A stretch of 64,000 nt of DNA from Octopus vulgaris (lineage: Eukaryota): assembly GCA_951406725.2 (NCBI GenBank), contig OX597819.1, positions 107,074,001 to 107,138,000 of the forward strand. The letters are read 5' to 3'. The notes below the pieces were generated by a model. That model saw only the letters and a list, made by a program, of their open reading frames with translations. It searched no databases and was not told where the DNA came from. Position numbers and translations under genes: made by a program. This document shows, one piece after another, positions 54,945-64,000 of this stretch. Each line of letters starts with the position of its first letter. The stretch's first letter is position 1.

Positions 54945-55319
54945 TACCAAGTCACGACGAATTATCAATGTCCTTCTCCGTCATTTCGATACCGTCCGAC
55001 AACTGCCCATGTCCAAAGGTTTGTGTACCTTGCAAAATGGTCAACGAAACAGATTTGGCCGCCGTTTTTCCAAACAGGAAACAGAATTTCATAAAAGCAT
55101 GCTGTTCCTTCGTTTCAGCCATTGCAAAAATCGATCAGCAGAGGGGATGCACTGCAAAACAAAGGCACACCACGTGGCAGTGCGACCAAACCCGACAACG
55201 CCAGCCGGCGGACTGATGCCTGAGGATCACATCAAGTGGCTTCTAGTGGCGGAAGCAGTAACTACGAAAGATTCATCCCACTGAGAACGTTTCCGGTTAT
55301 CTTTGGGTACACCCTTGTA
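54945..55319 (-). mobile_element. Mariner 5' fragment (TIR plus transposase N-terminus)
   Basis: TACAAGGGTGTACCCAAAGATAACCGGAA end; MAETKEQHAFMKFCFLFGKTAAKSV. Confidence 0.8.
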
Positions 55320-55325
55320 TATATT

Positions 55326-55693
55326 TCTCTATATATAAACGGCAAAATACGTATGTGTGTGTGTGTATCCTTTATACAAATACACAATTTTTCAGTTAGA
55401 GGGCTCGCACTTTTTATGGTCATTCAAAACCATCCAAGGGTGGTCGTGCACATCTTTACATTTCCCCAGTCACCCCGAAAAGCCATTAAAAAATCAATAA
55501 AAGTGACTTTTTTGTGAATTTTCTATCCAAAACCCAATCAAAATGACTGAAACTTGATACGCCAATTGAATGCCAACTAGCTGTATGTGATTGGTCGGAG
55601 ATTTGGACAGTACTGGCGTGTATGTGCGCATGCACGCAGCTGTATATGCATGCACTAGCACTATGACCCAGCGTTGCCGGTTCATAGTGCTAG
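55326..55693 (+). mobile_element. Intact non-autonomous Helitron
   Basis: 5' TCTCTATATATAAA; 3' palindrome ACTAGCACTATGA..TCATAGTGCTAG|T ending in CTAG. Confidence 0.85.
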
Positions 55694-55731
<38 letters not shown>

Positions 55732-55749
55732 CATGTATGTATGTATATA

Positions 55750-56602
55750 TACAGAATAAATTGCGATGGGTAAATTGTCGCCAATTTATATTTGTAATTT
55801 CGCGCATGTAGATTGTTTGTTTATTTTTGATTTTGTCGACTACACAGGATAGTAGGGTCGGTTGGGCATTGTCCGTGAGAAAAATAGCACCATGACACAC
55901 AATTCACTCTGCCAGAACTTTGAAAACGTCATGTTGCTTGGCATTCGCACCCGAAGCTCCAATACGATCATTTCAGAGTGTTTTAGTGTAAATCTGAGGA
56001 CATGTACAGAGAGTGATAAAAATCTAACATCCGTTCAACGTCATGGTGTTTGGAGGGACCAATAGTGATGGGGACGTAATGCCTCCATTCATCTTCCCAT
56101 ACGGTCTCAGACTCACGACGGAGACCTACATCAACAGCCTGGAGAAGGTAGTGCTACCCTGGTGAAAGACGGTGGCTACTGGAAGACCCTGTTTCTGGCA
56201 AGGGACTCTGCACCATGCCACACAAGCAAGAGAATCCAGTCATGACTCTCAGACAATTTCTCCGTCCACATCACCCCTAACATCCGGCCGCATAACACTC
56301 CAGACTGCAACTCCGTTGATTATTATGTGTGGTGCGCAGTTGATCGAGAGACCAAAAAAGCTCCTTGTAACACCGAAGATGAAGTGAAGGCAAGTATTAT
56401 GGCAGCATAAAGAAGGAGACCATCTAGACGAATTACGGGAGATTCCGAAGTCGTCTGGAGGCTGTAGTTGAAGCTAATGCCGATGTTATTGAATAAATTT
56501 ACACTTTAGTATTTCATGAGTATAAAATTGAGTATTAAAATGAGATGTCAGTGTTATTTTCATGTTTTCCTACTTAGATGCCAGATAATTCACCGCACCT
56601 AG
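55750..56602 (+). mobile_element. Internally deleted maT/DD37D-like transposon
   Basis: VMVFG..SDGDVMPPFIFPYGLRL..FWQ..APCHTS..TPDCNSVDYYVW..FRSRLEAVVEANAD. Confidence 0.8.
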
Positions 56603-56619
56603 TGTGTGTGTGTATAGTT

Positions 56620-58020
56620 TTTTTCGTAATGAGATAAAAGCCAAGGCAGAGTACATTTTCGTGCATTTATAAATAGAAGGTCTTACAGCTGTTTGCAGGA
56701 TATTTATTATATCCCTTCATCGGAGACGGTGTGAGAAAATGGTTAAGCAATAGCTAATTTAGATAAGATACGAAATAAAGAGTGAGATGGAGGAATGAAA
56801 ATAGATGTGAGATATACAGCGATATTGTATATGTAGATCCATTATTTAGGTAGAATGGTATTCATATAAGATTCCAATACCTTATGAGTAAAATCCAATA
56901 GTATTTAAAATGTGCCATTCCAAGTAGAGAATTTATACACAGTGTTATTGAATCAAGAGTTTTATTTAAAGTTACCTAAAAGTAAGGAATGTATTAGGAA
57001 GGTTAAATCGAAAACAGGAAGAGAGGAATACAGAAAGAGAAACAAAGAGAAAAAGAGGAAAGAAAGAGAAGAAAATAAGAAGAAAAATAATAAAATAATA
57101 ATAATGATAAATATAAAAAAGAAGAAAACAGTAAGAGAGGAATAAAGAAAAGAAATAAAAAAGAAAAATGAAAAACAAGGAAGAGATAGTAAAGGAAAGT
57201 GTACCAGTTGGTCAGTCGAGATAATTTGAAAGTAGGAATGGGGAGATAATTGTGATAGAGAGAGAAAAATGTATTAGAGTGTAAAACGATAGAAGGAATG
57301 GTGGGCGATAGAGAGAGATATAAGAAGTAAATGAGTGTCAATTGTGCAGAGATAGAGATTAAGTGATGAGGCAGAGAGAGTGGGGTAGTTGTATGGAATG
57401 AAGAATTTAGGAATTTGGGTGGTTGGATAGGTCAGTGCTTAGTAGTAGAAGAAAATATATATGTGAAGATGTATACATATGTATATATTAGACATGTATA
57501 TATATTTATACAGATGTTCATACATATCAATATCTACATATACAACTCCTACTCGTATGCATATGCACACATGCGCACCCATATATACGTGTATCCGTAT
57601 GTATTATCGCCTCTGTACACGCAGGTATATATACCCTGCATGCATACGTACATTCACATATACACACATACATACACGCATACACACACACAAATACATA
57701 TACACGCACATATACACGAATATGATTAGATGGTTGTGATATTCGAGTATAAGTGAGGAATTAGATAGGGATTAGGAGTTAAAATGTAGATTTATAAAGT
57801 TATTCAGATTACCTAAGGGGTACTGTAGAAATGGTCGATTAGGCATTTGGATTTGAATGTGTGAAAAAAGAGGTGGTTGCATGTGTTTAGCGCTTCAACA
57901 TGTTTATTTAGCAGTGCTGGAGAGTTGTACTTTAATATGTGAGGTGCCTCCGTCAGGCAATGATTGCTGGTTGAGTGCTGACCTCGGTAGGGAAGCCCAG
58001 AGTCCAGCATGATAGACCAT
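56620..58020 (-). mobile_element. Penelope-like element 3' end with terminal repeat and hammerhead-like motif
   Basis: CLTEAPHILKYNSPALLNKHVEALNTCNH (CLxE..LLNKRxE..CRH C-terminus); hammerhead-like motif at 56680-56727. Confidence 0.7.
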
Positions 58021-58199
58021 AGTTTTTTTTTATCTCATTACAAAATAAATTTTTATATATACAGACGCTGATATATGACCTAAGTTGAACTCCTTATCCA
58101 CATAATCACCGAACCTTGAACTTAACTATGGTCTATCCATACCACTTATTCAGCATACCTGGCACTTTTGGGTCACACTGACACCATTACCTCTCAAAA

Positions 58200-58304
<105 letters not shown>

Positions 58305-59379
58305 GAACAAGATGTACGTTACGCCACAATAATATAGGTATAAAAATTATATATAAAAAGGGACAAGAACGTGAAATACACAAAGAGACGACACAAAAAA
58401 CGGACGGGTCATTCGAAGCCTTTAATCTTCAGTCAAGAACCGGATCATCATAGCAAATTTCGGCTGATTAATCCTGATATTGCTCCGAAACGGCCAGCCC
58501 CAATGAAAAACTAATCTGCGAGCATTAGATTTCTTGGAAAAAGGATCGAATGTAAACGAAACAGGGACAGAAAAAACGGACGAAGCCACACGAATATAAA
58601 TACAAAAAACAAAAATAAAATTAAAAACAAGAATGGTAATAACAGGACAACAGCAGGTGTCTTACGACTTTAGACAAATTTAACTTATCTAGCAGGCGTG
58701 TTTTGAAAAAATGCCTTTTCGGCGGACGAAGACAATGTTGAACCGGCAGCGGTCACCAGCGGAATGGCTAGTTGATCAGCAGGTCACGTGAGAGTAGAGA
58801 GAGAGAGAAAGAAGGAATTAAAGAGGATGGAAGGAAGAGAGAGACATATATACGTACGTACATACAAACACACACATACACACACACATATATATATATA
58901 TACATATATATGCATGTATGTATGTGCGCATTATGTATGTATATAAGTATGTAGTGGACAATGTCGGAAAACTATAGCTGAAAGAGAAACTTCAATAAAA
59001 TTGAAGTGATAAATTATAAAGAAAGATGTCTTACTCATGAAGTATAATACGTAAAATTATGTCTTTATAATTAATTATATTATTAAGCGATATGTGAAAA
59101 TCTTCAAACAAACAAAGAACGTTCGAGATAGTCATTTAACGTGATAAAAATAGCATCAAATCTTCATGATCACACACTTGACAGTCTCAAAAGAAATGAA
59201 AGAGCGCATTGTTTAATATTGGTCTAGACTATTGGTTCGCAAACTTTCTGCTTCAATACATTGGTGCACAAGAACAGCTAATTAAGTGCAGTACAGACAC
59301 ACGCATACACATACGCATACAAATACAAACACACACGCATACATGCTTATATACATTACATGCATGTATGCACACACAG

Positions 59380-59445
<66 letters not shown>

Positions 59446-59957
59446 TCATATGAGTATTAAGGAATATCCACGAGTTTGTATTATATTTCTCGCGGGCATT
59501 TCATCATTATGCATGTTTGGACGCTTGCATTTATATGTTCCAAGTGCATTTAGATGCACTTCTACGTCCTGCATATCGGCTTCCTCCTCCTCTTCTTCTT
59601 CTTCGTCTTCATTTTCTCATCCACTTCCTCCTCCTTATTCTTCCTTTTCTTCATCTTCTTGTCCGCCTTCTCCTTCTTTTTCTTCTTCCCCTCCCACTCT
59701 CTCTCTCTCTTTCACCTGTATCATTGCTGTCGTTGACTTTTATAAGCTATGTAAAAGCTCTTACAACGCTAGTGACAAAAAAGAAAAGAAACACAAAACT
59801 GTGAGCTTATTATTACTCTTCCTTGCCCTCTACATAGAGAAGTTTGAATTTAAAAACATACAATTCCGATTCAAATTAATACCAGGTTTAAAACTATTTA
59901 TGGCCAACTGTATTAAGAACAGACTATTAAAGATTCCTTTTTTGAAGCAAGGTCGAC

Positions 59958-60352
59958 ATTTTCTACTTTAGGCACAAGGCCTCAAATTTTTGGGGAGGGG
60001 GCCAGTGAATTATATCGACCCAGTATGCAACTGGTACTTAATTTATCTACCCCAAAATGATGAAAGGCAAAGTCGACTTCGGCGGAATTTGAACTCAGAA
60101 CATAAAGACAGACGAAATATCTATTCCTTTACTACCCAGAAGGGGCTAAACACAGAGAGGAAAAACAAGGACTGACAAACGGATTAAGTCGATTATATCG
60201 ACTCCAGTGCGTAACTGGTACTTATTTAATCGACCCCGAAAGGATGAAAGGCAAAAGCGACCTCGGCGGAATTTGAACTCAGAATGTAGCGGCAGACGAA
60301 ATACCGCTAAGCATTTCGCCGGCGCGCTAACGTTTCTGCCAGCTCCCGCCTT
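59958..60352 (-). mobile_element. Dimeric SINE family A (full monomer plus headless monomer with a different tail)
   Basis: The core AAAGGCAAA..GAATTTGAACTCAGAA occurs twice; GAAGCAAGGTYGA flanks the whole unit (59944 and 60354). Confidence 0.85.
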
Positions 60353-61391
60353 AGAAGCAAGGTTGAAGTGATGTAAGTTTGAATAAGAAACCCTTACATT
60401 AACACATCAAAGAAGGTTGGCTGTCAAGCGAGAAAGTGTTCTACCGTGTGAACCAATTACAACAAAGCTTCTACCATTTTTTATTTCTTCTGAGAAAATA
60501 AAGGAGACACATGACGATAGACGACTCGAATAGGAATTATGGATTTCTAACCTGGAATATTTCACAAATGCATATCATCTTGTAAATACCCGAAAGTGTG
60601 CACAATAAAAATTAAAGCATGTAAAAGAAACATTACATATCATCAAATCGATAGTTAAACTAATAGCATTTCTGAAAGAAATTTAGAAACGAAAAACTAG
60701 AAATGGCAACGTTGAATGTGTCATTCAGTAATGAAACATCACTTAAAAAATGACTCACATCATAGTTAAGTTGACAACTCAAGAAGAAAAGTTGGGTTTT
60801 TGTTTTCTACTATTGATCATAGAATAATGTGATTGAATTCAAAATATTATCATGGAAATTGTAACTGATGTTAGTTTTTAAATGTCCTGAAAAAGAATCA
60901 GCTTCTATATGCAGTGATCATCCGCTGAGATTATGCGAAGAATTGCTGGTTGAAATGGTTTAGCTTTCTATAAGGGAAAAATTCCTTACGGGAAATATAT
61001 CGTACAGTAAAATAATGTTTTATGAATTTGAATCAACTTTCAGTCCTATATTTATGTGGATTAAAGTTTTTAATGACTGACATTAAATATAAAAATTATC
61101 TCAAGAAATATCTCTAATGCATAGAAGAAATTGATAACTGTTCATCACGCATGCGTCCCAATAGTGAAACCATCGATAACAAAATATAAAGTTCATGTTT
61201 CATATTTATACGATTAATGAAATATTGCAAGATTATAGCCTTGTATATTCTTCTCTTCTTCAATTCACATGAAAAAAGTACTTACAGTTATTATTTCATT
61301 CTTTAATGTTCCAAAGAGTAAGAATAAAAACCAAAAAAACAAAATAACAGACTGCAAATATATGGAACCCAATAGTAACAATAGCTAAATA

Positions 61392-61693
61392 GCAACAATA
61401 CATACATACAAACAAGTAGGCACGCACGCATGTATGTGCATATGTATGTACGTATGTATGTATGTATGTATGTATGTATGTATGTATGTATGTATGTATG
61501 TATGTGTGTGTGTGTATGTATGTAGGAAAGATGGCTAACAATGCATCTTAGTGAATCATTGCAACAATACATACACACAAGTAGGCACGCACGCATGTAT
61601 GTATGTATGTATGTATGTATTTATGTATGTATGTATGTATGTATGTATGTATGTATGTATGTATGTATGTATGTATGTATGTATGTATGTATG

Positions 61694-61727
<34 letters not shown>

Positions 61728-61797
61728 TGGATGGATGTATGTATGTATGTATGTATATATGAAAGATGGCTAACAAGGCATCTTACTGAATCATTGC
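61392..61797. repeat. Tandem duplication of a (TATG)n-containing unit
   Basis: GCAACAATACATAC..CAAGTAGGCACGCACGCATG..GAAAGATGGCTAACAA.GCATCTTA.TGAATCATTGC occurs twice (61392, 61561). Confidence 0.9.
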
Positions 61798-63006
61798 TAT
61801 TTAGTAGACTTGAAGCACATCGCTGCGCTAAAGATAATCGCTACTTCAACATTTATTTGGGACTGAAATAGGTGCTTTAGTCCTTCGTTAGATATTCTGT
61901 CTCGTGCAACTGCGACATTGTTGTTTTGTCATCGTCGTCGTCCCCCACCTCTTTTATTATTGTTTAGCAAAACCAGTTTTCATTGAATTGGACTTTGACG
62001 AAATTACACCATCTCTAATTATAACGTGCTATGCATTCACACAGATAGATGTACATTATATATCATGTTCCTATATGTTGCTCAGTCCCAATTTGACCCT
62101 GAATCGAGCAGAATCAAATATATTCCCTTTCGGCCATCCTGTTTTATATTTTCAGATATTTTGAATTACACTTCAAATATGTCTTTTCTTCGTGCGAACG
62201 TTTGAGGCCAATTAAAGAAGATTTGACTGAAAGAGTCTCTTCAATATTATTCTTTTTTTTTTGTACCTCAACATCAGGTCTGTTCTCACCATGTACATAT
62301 TGATGAAAGTCATTCGACTCTCACCATATTAATTTAAATTTTAAAGATATATATACATTTGCATTATGAAACATCCTCCGTTTTTAAAGTAGTTGCGTAT
62401 CATTTTAGATAGACTTGGCTACTATTTTTGCAAGTTTATGGAGCCCATAAGCACTATCTTTAGCTCATTATCAGTCCGTTAGTCCAACGCAGTGTGAAAT
62501 TAGGATGTCGAAAGTAACATGAAGAAAGAAAAGACAGCCATCATTATAAATGTGATACAGCATATAGAACAGAGCTACAAGGGAATCTGTGCTTATAAAG
62601 CCAGAATAATGAACACAGATCATAGAAATCAATATAATTTAACACTTGTGCATTTGTACATATGTCAAAATCACATCGCTTTGAAAATCGTAAAATTACA
62701 TGTATGTGGAAGTGGGGTAGGCTTAATGTTTCAAGCGAATACTTTCGTGAGAAGGAAAGAAGGAAAGCCTAGTAAGATTAGTGTTCAATAGATATATTGA
62801 AAGTAGCGAGTGTTTGAAGAAACATCAGGAGTTGATGGAAATTATCGGATATAGGAAGGAATATGTATTAATGTGTGGACAACAAAGAAAGCAACGGTGT
62901 AAACTAAAACAACGTGCAGAAATTAGAAGAAAACGATGAAAAAGAACGAAATGAAACACACACAAACACACAGACACCCCACATACATACTTATAAATGT
63001 ATATAC

Positions 63007-63072
<66 letters not shown>

Positions 63073-63086
63073 TTATTATTTCTTAC

Positions 63087-63347
63087 GTGAAGTGCGTGGG
63101 TTAGTGGTCAGGGCATTCGGCTCGCGATCGTGAGTTCAATTCCCAGCGACACGTTGTGTCCTTGAGCAAAATGTGTGGTACCTGTAATTGAAAATAGGCC
63201 AGACTTGCCACACTGAATCTCCCTCAGAACTAATTCAAGGGTACACGTGTCTGTTGAATGCTCAGCCACTTGCACGTTAATTTCACGAGCAATTTGTTCC
63301 ATTGATCGTATCAGCTGCGACCCTCGCCATCGTAACCGACGGAGTGC
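63087..63347 (+). mobile_element. SINE family C, internally deleted copy
   Basis: Colinear with 43468-43788. Confidence 0.88.
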
Positions 63348-63792
63348 TTCTACAAACACACAGAAACACACACAAGCACTGAAAGAGAGAGTGAGAGAGA
63401 ATGAAAGAGAGTGGGAAGGTATGTGTGTCTGTGTGTGTGTTGACTCATTATCCATTCTCACTACATTTGTTAAACTGATTAAAAATAAAAGAAAATGAGA
63501 ACGAGTGGTTTTCATTAATATCTGCTCATGATGAAAAAAATACCAGCATTGAAATCAGGTATTTCCCCTCTGTGCTTCTTAGCGGTGGTTCAATCGAATT
63601 GCTATGTAGATGGCATAAACCGAGAGATAGTTCAAAGTGTAACTTGGCGTATTGACATGCTGGCATACACCTCTCAGAGTGATACAGTATTTTTACGAAT
63701 ATTAAGCAATTATTCGTTTCGAAATGTTCACCAAGACAATGAAAGGTTGTTGATCACATAATTGTACCTCTCCCTATCTTCTCTCACTTTCA

Positions 63793-63846
<54 letters not shown>

Positions 63847-63854
63847 ATATATAT

Positions 63855-63995
63855 AGTTAATCCAAACATGAAAACACAAAGAGAAAACGCAACAACGTAA
63901 GGACGTGGAACAAGTATGGTGTTATTGGATGCTCAGGAAAGGAAAGAGAGAAGGAGGGAGTAACGTTTCGAGCGGAACTCTTCGTCAGAAATATA
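63855..63995 (-). mobile_element. Short PLE-terminal-like repeat with an intact hammerhead catalytic core
   Basis: Minus strand TTT-CTGACGA-AGAGTTCCGCTC-GAAA-CGTTA; abuts (TA)n. Confidence 0.65.
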
Positions 63996-64000
63996 GAAAA

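Noticed and set aside
59360-59971. 203-aa ORF with Ser/Pro tract
   Set aside because: Built from microsatellite and polypyrimidine low-complexity sequence; no domain recognised.

Overview
AT-rich, microsatellite-saturated metazoan DNA. The SINE families and repeat landscape point to an octopus/cephalopod genome (inference, from recalled consensus sequences). I found no intact protein-coding gene. The window is intergenic or intronic and made almost entirely of decayed mobile elements: many R4/Dong-clade restriction-endonuclease LINE fragments in (TAA)n arrays, RTE and CR1/L2 LINE fragments, Penelope-like elements (PLE) with hammerhead-ribozyme-like motifs, three tRNA-derived SINE families, Tc1/mariner/maT transposons and MITEs, a near full-length FLYWCH-MULE transposon nested in a non-autonomous Helitron, and a Helitron helicase fragment. 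Best leads: (1) a ~550-bp non-coding element that twice sits directly 5' of a Dong fragment across a (TAA)n array and has a variable number of 51-bp 5' monomers; (2) several minimal hammerhead motifs on short PLE-terminal-repeat-like units in (TA)n; (3) a possible decayed GRL101/LGR-like GPCR relic at the left end; (4) a Dong copy with an in-frame deletion of the RT core; (5) a dimeric SINE flanked by a single TSD. All family assignments were made by eye from motifs; no searches were run, and coordinates of decayed elements are approximate.
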